A stretch of DNA of 64,000 bases from Trichoplax sp. H2 (taxonomy: Eukaryota), in NCBI GenBank assembly GCA_003344405.1, contig NOWV01000028.1, positions 62,001-126,000 on the forward strand, given 5' to 3'. Below, piece by piece: positions 41,970 to 54,865 of this stretch; position 1 is the first letter of the stretch, and every line of letters begins with the position of its first letter. The notes beneath the pieces are model-generated. The model was not told the origin of the DNA, did not search any database, and worked only from the letters and a program-made list of their open reading frames with translations. A program made the position numbers and the translations under genes.

Positions 41970-42841
41970 GCTAATAATTCTATTAATCATATTCAAAAAA
42001 CGATTAAGAACGTCATTCAATGCAACTTTAGTAAGTATGGCTGCATCTTCCTTATTATTTACATTTGCAAGTTTGCTGCCATCCACGTTGGTCCGTTTAT
42101 CAGTTTTCTCTTATCCGTTTTTTTATTTCGGTTTCTTACCCATTGGCGATGCTATGGCCTCTATATTAAATCTCCATGTCACATTGGTTTTTATGTTACG
42201 TTATTTCTTCGTCGCAAGCCCTTTTGCATATCGACATTATGTCACCAAAAAGACAATTAGTATAGCTTTAGCAACGATTTGGATTGTCGTGCTTGCCTTC
42301 GTGTACGTCATTCAGATGATAGCTAGTGGATACTTAACGTGTTATTATAACGCAACCATTACTTCTCGGCAGAGTAAAACAACTGTAAGAATAATTTATT
42401 ACATTTTATACGTAGGAATAGTGGCTATATTGCCCATTTTTGTTATCATTATTACTAGTCTTCAGCTGTATTACATTATTTTGCGCCATATTCATCACAT
42501 CAATAGTCCAAAGAAAGAGTCGAAAAAATGCCATTGCCAGTGAGTCTTGCTGTCAATACAGCAAAGATAAAGCAGTAAAACAATGATTTGCTTATTAATA
42601 AATTTTTACATTTCTTCGATTCCGCATTTTACAACTGGAATATCATTAACACTTATACAGCAGGTATAGCATTAAGGATGACTTATTATATATTTGGGCT
42701 ACTTGTCTACATGTACATATTTTCGTCTGTCCACTACAGTACGCTTACTTGACACCTGATGTTGGGAAAAAATTTCGCCAATGGTTCCAAAATTTATCCA
42801 ATAATATACCAAAAGGAATTAAAGTCATTTCCTTCTTCTAG
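41970..42841 (+). pseudogene. Degenerate rhodopsin-family GPCR, paralogue of 45484-46461
   Basis: KKRLRTSFNATLVSMA...ILNLHVTLVFMLRYFFVASPFAY...YVGIVAILP aligns by eye to the intact neighbour. The N-terminus is missing, the frame shifts after ~42515, and further indels and stops precede the homologous tail (TPDVGKKFRQWF...KGIK). Confidence 0.85.
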
Positions 42842-42953
42842 ATTGAATTCTCTCTTCTTTATTGTTTTTAATTTAATATCATATAATGTACTTTTAAAGC
42901 TATATTGAAATAATGAACGAGGAATATCTATCTGTAGTATGGATAAATGCTCC

Positions 42954-44255
42954 TGTCACAACGTCGTTTGCAACAATCGAATTCCCGTTCCACACTTATC
43001 CTACTCTCCTCTGTCCTATAGTAAAACTGCCACCAGGCGTCACTACTCGCTCCACTTCAGCGAAGGACCTCGGTCAACAGTAAAGGTGGACTAGAAGCGT
43101 CTGGATAAATTTACTAAACTAACTTTATTAGGTCTCCGTATTTTCCTCCTCTCTAGCGAGGTAAANNNNNNNNNNNNNNNNNNNNGCTACTTGTCTACAT
43201 GTACATATTTTCGTCTGTCCACTACAGTACGCTTACTTGACACCTGATGTTGGGAAAAAATTTCGCCAATGGTTCCAAAATTTATCCAATAATATACCAA
43301 AGGGAATTAAAGTCATTTCCTTCTTCTAGATTGAATTCTCTCTTCTTTATTGTTTTTAATTTAATATCATATAATGTACTTTTAAAGCTATATTGAAATA
43401 ATGAACGAGGAATATCTATCTGTTGTATGCATAAATGCTCCTAAAATGATTATTTTGAAATTGGAATTTATTCTTTGATCGAAAATGTCAATAAATTTGT
43501 CTTTGAACTACTAGCCTGATCACAAATTGTGTTCCATTCAGCAGTATCCTACCACCATAGTAAAATAAATCGGTATAAGCATTCGATTAGAGAATTTAGT
43601 TTCCGTTCTGGACGAAGCTATTTCATAATATTGACCTAGCAAACATTTTCAATTTCGAACTGTAAAATACTATACCAAACTGTCTTAAATTATTACAAAT
43701 CNNNNNNNNNNNNNNNNNNNNGTAAAACTGCCACCAGGCGTCACTACTCGCTCCACTTCAGCGAAGGACCTCGGTCAACAGTAAAGGTGGACTAGAAGCG
43801 TCTGGATAAATTTACTAAACTAACTTTATTAGGTCTCCGTATTTTCCTCCTCTCTAGCGAGGTAAATTACAACCTCTTATATACTTGTATCAAATCTACA
43901 CCTTTTCCACCTATTAATTATTCTTATACATAACTTAGTCTTTTCTATAACTTTGTAATCCTATTAATTACTATCGAACAAATATGTGATAATTGATATT
44001 ATTATGCGCTAATAATATTATAGCGCCAATTAACAATTTAAGATCTAACAGATTCCCTACAAGTGTGACAACCGCCATTTTGGTTATTACACGTCATTGG
44101 CATATTAAATACCTTACTTCTACACATTCGTTAATGGAAGTCCATTAACGATTGAACCTCACAATATTAACAGATCATAATATTTATGATTATCTAATCG
44201 TAATCGTCTACTTCTACTTCAATAACATTATCACATAATATCTTAAACCGTAACA
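42954..44255 (-). mobile_element. Solo LTR (~601 bp when reconstructed) with 5-bp TSD GCTCC; the empty allele is interleaved at 43186-43701
   Basis: gctcc|TGTCACAA (42954) ... CCGTAACA|gctcc (44255); the two contig pieces overlap (43021 = 43722); empty site aaatgctcctaaaatg at 43437-43441; minus-strand TATATAA (~43880) followed by AATAAA (~43827). Confidence 0.85.
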
Positions 44256-45483
44256 GCTCCTAAAATGATTATTTTGAAATTGGAATGTATTCTTTGATCG
44301 AAAATGTCAATAAATTTGTCTTTGAGCTACTAGCCTGATCACAAATTGAGTTCCATTCAGCAGTATCCTACCACCATAGTAAAATAAATCGGTGTAAGCA
44401 TTCGATTAGAGAATTTAGTTTCCGTTCTGGACGAAGCTATTTCATAATATTGACATAGCAAACATTTTCAATTTCGAACTGTAAAGTACTATACCAAACT
44501 GTCTTAAATTATTACAAATCTATTGCAGAAATCTCTCTATAAAATAGTATTTCATATCGCTTTTGTTCCATATATCAGATTCTTACAAATTCTTGATATT
44601 GTATCAGGTACCAAACGAGTGTATGTAGTAATAGCGCTAATATCTTATTATTTTACTGTAGTGCTAAGAAAAATAATCATGGATAGCTCATTTGAAAATT
44701 ATTAATAAACGATCTTAGTTTCATAAAAAACACTATAATATTTCATTTTGTTGACATTACTTGATTTTCAGCTGCTATAATGTGGTAACTGAATTAAACT
44801 GATGCAATAATTCCTGCGAATGCAGTTTAGTCTTTGATATTTTAATTGAATATTTGTCGGCTAATTAATCTCGTTAATAATGTATACCCCCAAAATGAAT
44901 TTGATAGTAGAAAGTAAAATATGTTTAGTAATCTGTTTCAAATCCTTAGAGATAATAAAATTCAAACAATAAAAAAGGAACAGTGTCCATGAATAAGGAA
45001 TTGTGAGTTAAGAGAAGCCTCGACTGGGTACAACTCATTATATAGACAATTAATAATGTATCAATTTATAGAGTAACAAAGCTCCATTTGATAATTTAAA
45101 CCCCAACAGAGGTCATCTAGTTCCTTCCAATCCATGGATAGAGTAAATTCTTATATTTTAGCGTGATTGTTACCATATTAATGGAATTGTATCATGTTTC
45201 TATATAATGGAACATTGCTTATTTCCTGTAGGATGCTATGGCAACTATAAAGAAATTATTTGACCTTTATACTTTACAGTCGGAACTTGCAACCTAAGAG
45301 TACGCCTAACAGTAATATAGCTGTATCTACATAATTCGACATTTCATTAATTGCTTTCCATAGCTTATAGACGAAAATACACGGTATCCAGACTCTAGAT
45401 AATTATTTTCATTCCAACCAGTTGTTGGTTCTTTAGTCTAAATTATTGTCAAATTATTAGCAACGATTCCATCATCAAAAATT

Positions 45484-46461
45484 ATGAACAATTCAGCTCT
45501 AAGGAATTCTACGATTATGACCATCCATACCCTATATAAGATTGCCAAAATCACCGAACAATGCTTAGCATTTATAACTGTAGTTGCCAACGTTCTAATC
45601 CTCACACTTATTTTATCAAAGAAACAATTAAGAACACCCTTCAATGCTGCATTAGGAAGCATGGCCATGGCTTGCTTGGTATTTACTTGCTCTTATTACT
45701 TTTTGGCTACGATAATTGGCTTTACGCAAGCTACATTTCCTATTTTTAGTTTAGCTCTCTATCCTATTAGTAATTCTACTATCTCCATATTGAACCTTCA
45801 TGTTACCTTAATTTGTATCTTACGTTATTTTTTCGTCGCCAGTCCTTTTGCTTATCAAAAGTTCATCACTAAAAAATCGATTAGTATTATTTTAGTATCG
45901 ATTTGGATCTGCATGCTTTCATTTGTTTATGGCATGAGAGCAGCTTGTGGTTACCTAATTCGCTCGTATAATACAACTACGGATCATTACGAAAACTATA
46001 CGGTAGCAAGACAAATTTATTGCTTCTTGTATATCGGAATTGTTGCTATATTACCAGTATTTGCCATTTTTATAACTTACTTTCAACTGCATCATATTAT
46101 TAAACGCCATATCAACAATATCGATGATCAACGAAAAAGTCGAAGCAAGTCCTTAACCAGTCTACCAGACAAGGAATACAGTAAAGATAAGGCACTTAAA
46201 CAAATGCTCTGTTTATTAATGATGTTTCTTATTTCGTGGATTCCATTCTTTATGATAAGAATATTTATTAAGCATAGGATTCCTAACCTTACTCTAATCT
46301 TACTGTATCACGGTTCTTCCTTACTTGTTCATGTATACATATTTTTTTGTCCTCTACATCATGCTTATTATACGCCTGATATTCGGGAAGAATTTCAACA
46401 ATGGTTTAAAGATTTACCTGGTATTGTTGCTAAAGGAATTAAAAAGCTATTCTGTTTTTAG
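45484..46461 (+). CDS. Intronless orphan rhodopsin-family (class A) GPCR, 325 aa
   Basis: Seven hydrophobic segments, N-terminal N-x-S sites, TM1 N, LRTPFN, LRY at the DRY position, TM4 W, TM5 LP, TM6 FLISWIPF. Confidence 0.9.
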   Translation: MNNSALRNSTIMTIHTLYKIAKITEQCLAFITVVANVLILTLILSKKQLRTPFNAALGSMAMACLVFTCSYYFLATIIGFTQATFPIFSLALYPISNSTISILNLHVTLICILRYFFVASPFAYQKFITKKSISIILVSIWICMLSFVYGMRAACGYLIRSYNTTTDHYENYTVARQIYCFLYIGIVAILPVFAIFITYFQLHHIIKRHINNIDDQRKSRSKSLTSLPDKEYSKDKALKQMLCLLMMFLISWIPFFMIRIFIKHRIPNLTLILLYHGSSLLVHVYIFFCPLHHAYYTPDIREEFQQWFKDLPGIVAKGIKKLFCF

Positions 46462-49400
46462 AATTGATTTTATCGTTATTGCCATTAGTAGTGTAAATTA
46501 AGATTTTAAGTTTACTGCTCAAGGGCTGTATTTGAACAGCTTGTGACTAAAGTACATCTAGCTAAGGATCATTAACATCATTTCTCTATACTGTTTAGTA
46601 AAAAACTGCGATATATTAATAAGAATTTCTAATACTTGTTTCTGTACTAATATTATTGGTACTAGTCTACCTTTTATCCTACAAACAGCTTTTTGATCAA
46701 TGTGTATAATTTTACTACTATTAAGTATTATAGTTCAATTTCATGCCACTTTCATGGTCAATAACAAAAGTACTTTTTACTTGCGAGTAAACTCTAATAA
46801 CAGAAGTCGTAAATTCTGTCATTTCGTGTAGCCAATATCGAATTTGATATGATACTGATTCTTAATGTGTAATTTATGCGATCTAATATACTACATAATG
46901 ATAAGATTTAAACTGGAATCAACTACTATGGTTATTTCTTACTTCTATCGCGATTTAAATCAGGTGATAGTTAATTCTCTTTTCTTTACAGATTATAACA
47001 TAATCTGATAAAAATTAGCAATAAGTTATTATCGATTGTCATTAAATAACTGTATGACAAGTCATAGTAACGTGAAGATCTTCTAGTTTAATTTCTTTAA
47101 TACATACTTGTAACAAATTATTTAACTTCCTCATCGCTATTTTACTACAAAAATACTACCAAGTACCATAAAAATAACATTTTATAGAACTTGTTATTAC
47201 ACAAATTGCATGCATTTATATAAAAATTATTTTCCCTTTAAACAACTTTAGGTTCTTCACTGTCGTTTACTGGAGAATATGTCAATAGCTTGACTACTCC
47301 TAATAGAACTGTTCCATAGGTAATCACTGGCTAATGATTCACGCAGAATCTTGATTTAAGTAAAATTCCTGTCTGATTTAAGGCTTCAAACTAACATTTA
47401 ATCACCTTACTACTTCTTATATTCAATAATATTCTATATTAAATACTATACAGTTGCAACGACCTATCCTAAATACATGTAATAGTGGTAATATGGCAGT
47501 TCTAATTATAGACTTTATAATATTAGTTACTGCTACCGTTCAGTATTTTTAACGTATTGTAGAGAAGTATTTCATCCGCAGATACTGGAAATTCTCGAGT
47601 TACTCCGACTAATATTCTAATAGGACTACTTCTACACAAATCGTCAACACCTGACCGATATCTATTAGTCCTGGGTTACTCTTTATTTGAGGCTAAGTAA
47701 TGATCCAAAACGACATTGAATATTATTTGACCTTAAGGTCTAACTGAGACAATATAGATCACGATGGATCTCACTACTGAACGTAACTGAATCAAACAGC
47801 GCACACGATGGTGCTTAGACTTCTCATGCAATTATGATTACTTATGATTGCCGGTAACTGGCAACTACTAACTGCAACTCTGATGAATTTACTGACTAGA
47901 ATCGAATGAGTGCTATCAAGTGACTTTTAGCCGATTATTTTCTATCTTACATTGATAGATAGAATAGCTTAGTGTTTGCTAATAATACCGCACTATAAAT
48001 TAACTACTTTTCTATAAAGTTTGGTACGTTGAATAGAAAAAGTACTACTTTTTCTAGGGATTCATTTATAGACTAAGATAGACGAATAGTTTGCTTTGAC
48101 CTATGGGCAATAGGAGATCGCCAGTATTTGGGTCTCACTGAATGTAAAAATTGAGGAGCACAGGCATCATGAGACATAATAGTAATCTCATAGCCTATAA
48201 TTTCCCTGTTAAAGTTGTATTATTTCGTTAGAATTATTGTCATGTATTTATATTATTACTTTATATATTAGCTTCTCCAAGAGTACCTTGCGAATTAAAT
48301 CTTTTAACTACGCAACTTGCGCTTATAGACTCCCACTAATATCTCAAAACTACGTCGTTATGATACGCAAATTTTACAAGCTACATTTAGAGCTATGATC
48401 CAGGCTATGTATTTGAGATAGTAAAATCTTAAACATCCATATTAAGAGTTATAGAATGATTACATATTAATATTGAATATGATGTGCTCATCTAATTTTA
48501 CCTTACAATTATATTATGATTACTTATTCCACAATACTGTACATATAAATTACGATTTATAATAGCGCCGCACCCGTTATTTATTTATTTATTAAACGAT
48601 ATTTTTTGTAGCTACTCTCTTACATTCCTATTAATAAAAATAGATTATAAAGAAGTAGATTCTATTCATTTCTAGCATGGCACGTTTCTATTTATTAAAT
48701 AAATATGATTCTACTCATGTACTAGTTTCATTACTTAAACAAAAAGTATAGTTTTAGAAAAAAATCTTAACCATTACTCTGTTGCTAAATTCTTTCATTG
48801 GGCTTGTTTACTGCTATATAAGCTCTGCATCTGTTAATGGCTAATTTAATATTAAAGAATTATGGCAATATCTCCAAAGAGGTGACAACGTTTATTTATT
48901 CACAATATTGATAGTGTTTAATTTCGTTGCAATTAACTTCTATTTTCACTCTTAAGTATTAACATAATCGAACATCCACGTCTTAAAATCCTGGTAGAAT
49001 ATTTATAACCGGTAATTAACTATTTAAATTATTGATGGTATCATTAGTAAAGTAAACCTATCCACAATATTCGCCTTTCTGAAATTGGTGATTGAATATT
49101 CTTCCATTTGAGGATTCTTTTTTCAATTTCTATACTTCAGAATATGATATTAGCAATTGTTTATTACAGTAGTTCGATAAATATAAAAGAATTTACAACG
49201 ATTTGTTCTTTATAATAAATTGAAAGCTGACGAACTTATAGTAAATCAAGAGTAAGAAATTTCCAATTTCTATTCCCTGATGTAATTTTAACAGCCAGTC
49301 CCGTATATAGCGATAATAGGAAGACTTAACACTTTTAGTACTTAAATGATAAATTTAAACTTTATACTAACTTGTTTAATTGCAATCGCTCGAAAATTAT

Positions 49401-51082
49401 ATTATTTACTGGTTTTAATGTTTAATAATATATCATAGTTTAAGAATTAAAATACCGTCTAATTAGTGGAATACTGACGTTCGATAAGCAACTGATGGCA
49501 GTTATAAATTCGAATTATGCCGGATAATTTTCATAGACCAGGGATCCGCGAGGGTGTCTGGACAAACAATAAAACCTTGATATGGTCGGAGTAATCGGAA
49601 GATGAAATTTTGCCGCTTTTAAAGTGTAGTTAGCATAAATTATGCCGATAAAGTAGATTAAATCTATTGACGTTGTAGCCTATATTCTAAATTAAGTTAA
49701 CAAATGATTACGGTGAATTCATTAGCATGATGAAATCTAAGGAACTTAGAATGCTGTTATGATTAGGGAATGAATTGTATCAAGAAGTAGATTAACTGAA
49801 TCGATGGTGTCTATTCTATATTAAACTAAGTCAGTAAATGAATCGAATTTTTGGTAAGATAAGATTAAGAGCTACTTGAAAATTATCTCTTTATTTGAAA
49901 AATAAATAAGACCAAATATACTATTAGAATGAATCGACTAACTTTACTTATCTAAAATTGAGATACTATTAATTATCCTTAAAAATTGTGCTTATGATGA
50001 AAATAAGAGAAAAGCTTGAAAATCTTAACATATCTAAAGAATAGTTTCCTCCTGTTAGTAGATTAAATCCTGTTAACACTTCGTGAAGTTTTAAAGTATG
50101 CTGGCTTTACTCATATATACACATAAATGTCATGATGAGGTTAGAAGAGATCAAAATTATTTAATTTAAAGAATGAAGTACAAAATAGTTTACTTTGTCG
50201 AAAGTATAGAAATTATAAAATGTTAATAATTGGTGATAAATGTATGAATCAGTAAAGGACTATCATAACGGTGCTACAACTTAATAAGTAAATCATCTCG
50301 ACAAATTAGTAAGAGAATTTTTTTCGATTGTAATATCATTCTACATTATAAGTATGCGATCGTGTGATTATCACCAAATTTTAGAAAAGTGCAGTATCTG
50401 ATAAATTTACCATGTAATTTCGAGAGTTTCGTGTATGTGCTAAGGTCTAAAGCGGCAATCACCGTTTAGGACGTGATATATGCTTAAATAAATAGATTTC
50501 TTCACCTATTGCCCGGCTGCACTATTTAAGTATGCTGCGTGAAGGATGTACATTCAAATGTTATCCCAGCAGTAAGTACTTTATTATATCTGATGGTATG
50601 GTAGCTTGAGTAAAAATAATTAATGTATAAATTTGCTAGCTTAACCGTGGTGTTTTATTATTATATTAGAACTAATAAATGCAAACAATTTATTATCAGC
50701 TCGAGGGTAACTATCTAATAGCTCATATCTTAAAAATTATTGAATCACGTACTGGTAGCAAAGTTAAAACTAATGTATTGATTTTGTAACGCAAGATTGC
50801 TAAAATGGATAAACTTTAAAATTATCAATACTCGTGATCGTCTTAAATATTTTAAAAATCAAAAATAGCCTGATATTATTCGTCTATCTAAGACGTGGCC
50901 CTTATATTCCTTCCTTTTAGAATAATTATAAGATGAACATAAAAACATTCATGCTTTTATAATAGTAATACCGCTATGATTCCTGCCAATGTGGCAGCGC
51001 AATTGTTGATATTAACAAATGCATTTCTGTGTTGCTTCTCAATATTTAAATAGCAAGAACAAAAATAATAATATTGAACGAG

Positions 51083-51213
51083 TGTTACAGTGTTAAATAC
51101 TGTATTACAGTAGAAATAACTATGTTAGGATAATTCTGTTAGACTATCCTTATTTAGTTAACTTCTAATTTGGATATAGTGTATTTTAATATAGCACTGA
51201 CTTTTTATGACAG
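51083..51213. mobile_element. One end of a haplotype-specific insertion starting TGTTACA (LTR-like), cut by gap
   Basis: 50779-51082 is repeated at 51234-51537; copy 1 continues gaacgag|TGTTACAG, copy 2 continues gaacgag|taattg. Confidence 0.55.
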
Positions 51214-54200
51214 NNNNNNNNNNNNNNNNNNNNTGATTTTGTAACGCAAGATTGCTAAAATGGATAAACTTTAAAATTATCAATACTCGTGATCGTCTTA
51301 AATATTTTAAAAATCAAAAATAGCCTGATATTATTCATCTATCTAAGATGTGGCCCTTATATTCCTTCCTTTTAGAATAATTATAAGATGAACATAAAAA
51401 CATTCACGCTTTTATAATAGTAATACCGCAATGATTCCTGCCAATTCGGCAGCGAAATTGTTAATATTAACAAATGCGTTTCTGTATTGCTTCTCAATAT
51501 TTAAATAGCAAGAACAAAAATAATAATATTGAACGAGTAATTGATTTTGTATTAGATACGAAAAATACGTACTCTTCATAATATATTTAAAAGGGTAGTT
51601 TAATCATTTATCTTTTAATTTAAATTGGACTTTTGAAGGACTATTAAAAAAAAAGAAGTCGTCGTCAAGAAGGCATTTAGTTGCACGATAATTGCCGGTA
51701 ATTCTGACGAAGATAATATTCATATTAACACCCCTTATGTTTTCTTGATATATCATCATATCAATCTTAATATGGTACAATATTACATCTTTTGTACTGT
51801 GAAAGGAATCCCATTTCTTTAATACTTACTATCGATATACTTTGATTTATTATACAACGAGCTATAATTACTTGTTATTGCATCGATAACAGACGATAGT
51901 TTAAAATACAGTTAAGAAAATGGTGTGGTTTGCCTTTTAATTAACAAACATTTATTAGCAGTAATTGTCTTTAATATTAAATGTCGATATTGGCACACTG
52001 ATATAAATATGTTATTTAAAATTTCTAAAGTAAAATATTGAACTTAACTGCTGTATTTGTCGCTGTAGCCTAGTATTTTGCTTATTATACTGCAATTTCA
52101 CTGGAGATTATTCTGGGCTAAAGGATTAAAAGGAATTAAATGACTTGATTTGTTTACATACAAATATAAATAAGATTAATTCATGCAGGTTATTGTTTTT
52201 TTAATTTTGACACTTACTTATATCTTGCCAAAGTAATGATTAAATCTGAAGCGTTTATAAAATAATCACTGCAGCCGGCTAATGATAAAATTAAAATCTG
52301 AGAATAAATACTATAAATAAAAAGTGTTTTAAAGTATGATATAATTCATCCAGTCCTGAATAAGTTTTTCTATCAATAAATCTAAAATTTGCCAATAGTT
52401 TTTAACGTAACCCCGATAATCAGTCTCGATGGTAACGGTTGGATGAACATACAAAATTATTTCATATTATGTACAAAGTAAATTATTTACTATTTATAAC
52501 TTGATGCGAGTTATTGAAAACTATAAACGAGGCTATCGCAGCTGTTAAGTATGAAAATTTCCTTTAACTTACCTTTAGAAATCAAAGTGTTATTACTATA
52601 GCCTTTAAAGAATCATCAATTAAATGTAAAACTTGTGATAGTAAACACAAAAGATAAAATCCGTCTATAGTCGATTATGTAAAATCACCCAGTATAAAAT
52701 TGGGCTCCTGATAGGTCGATTGCTTGATCTTACATTTAAGATAACTATAACGCTAGTTTAAAATTGTCCCTGAATTTAGACCTAGAAAATTATAGAAGAC
52801 AAATAATTTAGAATTGACTATTACAGCCTGTTTATACATAATCTAAATATAGATCATCAAATAAAACCTTTTATCTATGATCTTAATGAATTTTTATCAC
52901 AAATAAAATGTCTAGAAGGGCTAATTAATCAAATTGGTGAAGCGAAATTTTATAATAATTGCTGTTAACTTATTAATTCTTTATTTAAGGAGTATGAAAT
53001 CGTTGAGAGAACTCACAAACTTAAGTACGTTTATTGAAATAAAAATTTCAAAATTTAATTCCTTATTTAACTGTTCATAATGTACACAACGTTTCGCCAT
53101 GATGTACGTATGGGCATAATAACATGTTTAATGCTTTACATAGAATCTGTTTAATTACTTTATAATAATTCATTAATTGTAAACACATACGACCAAAATA
53201 GCTCTAGAAATTATAAAGTACGCTGATTATTGCATGCAATAGAAGATAAACTTAACGAAATTTTTCCTGAATCATCCCTAAATATAATAAGTTCAAAGTT
53301 TTAGCAATATCTTAGTACTTGTATAGCTACGTGTATTGATATAAAATAAAATGATAAGGGATATTAATTATACAATATCGATAGGGGTAAAAGGAAACAA
53401 ACAGTTTATTCCTAGACCAATCTTGCTGGGCTAGTCTATCAATATATGAACCCAGTAAATAGATAATACTAACTTTCTGTAGCAATTAGTTTAATTGAAA
53501 AAAGTTATCGATTGCGAGTGTTACGATCGAAGTATATAATGCAGGGTATGACTTTTAAAGCTATCAATATTGAATTACAGCCTAAATAACAATCATTGAT
53601 CATAAAAGCAGACATTAGAAATATAAACCTTAACAGCATTGATTTATTAAACTAATGAACAGAATATTTTAAATTTCAATCAAGAAATTAGGTACTGTAA
53701 TAATAAAAAGTGATTATGTAATCCATAACCATAACAATAAAAAAATGGAGGGAATAATATCCCGAGAGTATCTAAATAATGGCAATATAATAGTACTTCT
53801 ATTATGCGAATATTAGTGCAATCGTAATAAAGTATATTAAATGATTTGTACACAGAACTACTCCTGAAGTTCTGGTACTATAATAATCTACCGTCTGACA
53901 TTTTTATTTCAAGATCTAACTTACATTAAGCTGGCTGTCTGAGCTTTAATTAGGCAGACAGCAATTTTTTTAATGCAATTCAAAAAATATTGATTAATTT
54001 TATTAATTAATCATCTGAGCTATATTACAAATATAAATCTGCCAATAAGTATTATTTATATCTGCATTTGATATTAAGTTACCATGGTGATCATAAAATG
54101 CCTGTAACATCGTAAACATTGAGCAACAACATTTCTTAAATAAGCAAAATTTGCCTCTCGCAAATGCTAAAAATTAAATGTCGTACTCGTAATTCTTCAG

Positions 54201-54865
54201 AACTAGAAATTATGCTGTTTATAGCTAGCATTAATTGAGCAAATTATTAAATATAGTAGACTTATAGAAAATTAGCATCCATGTCAATACTTGGTAAATT
54301 CTCATTCTCGTCTTAAAGATCAGCTATTATGAATTCATATACTGTCAGATAATAAAGGATATTAATTATTAGAATAAAGTAATAAAGAAATCAGATATAC
54401 CGAAGGGTAAGCCGCTATCATATTCATTCATTTATTACTGAGATTGTTCTCTTTTGGTAAAGATGGAAGTATTTCCTTTGTTAGCGCTATTTATTCTTAA
54501 ATCGAATAGGACTATTAATAACACCGTTATTAAATCACATGGACTAAAAATTCCTTGGAATTCATAAAATACGAATATAATAGTGAATTGCAAAACAAGC
54601 ATTAAATAGACTGCTGAAGCTAATAGAACGAGAATTTCTATCAGAAAGGCTCATCCATATTTGGAATATCAGTTGATATTTCCGGTAGGCTTATATAACA
54701 GTAAGTACAAAAATAACGATTAAGGTAGCGTAATACAATCGCTCCGAATAAGAATAGAATAAACAACTCTAGATTTAGCCAAAGTTTATAAATAACCCGA
54801 TCCAAATCCATTTGGCAAGATACTAATTTTTGCGATTGCAGTTCTCTTATGTTTATCGTTTTACA

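Noticed and set aside
47478..47951. TGTAAT...CTTACA segment as another solo LTR
   Set aside because: Flanks do not form a TSD and no empty allele is available to define boundaries.
49727..49800. ATGATGA...CTGA as a box C/D snoRNA
   Set aside because: No terminal stem, no recognisable rRNA guide, intergenic AT-rich context where such boxes occur by chance.
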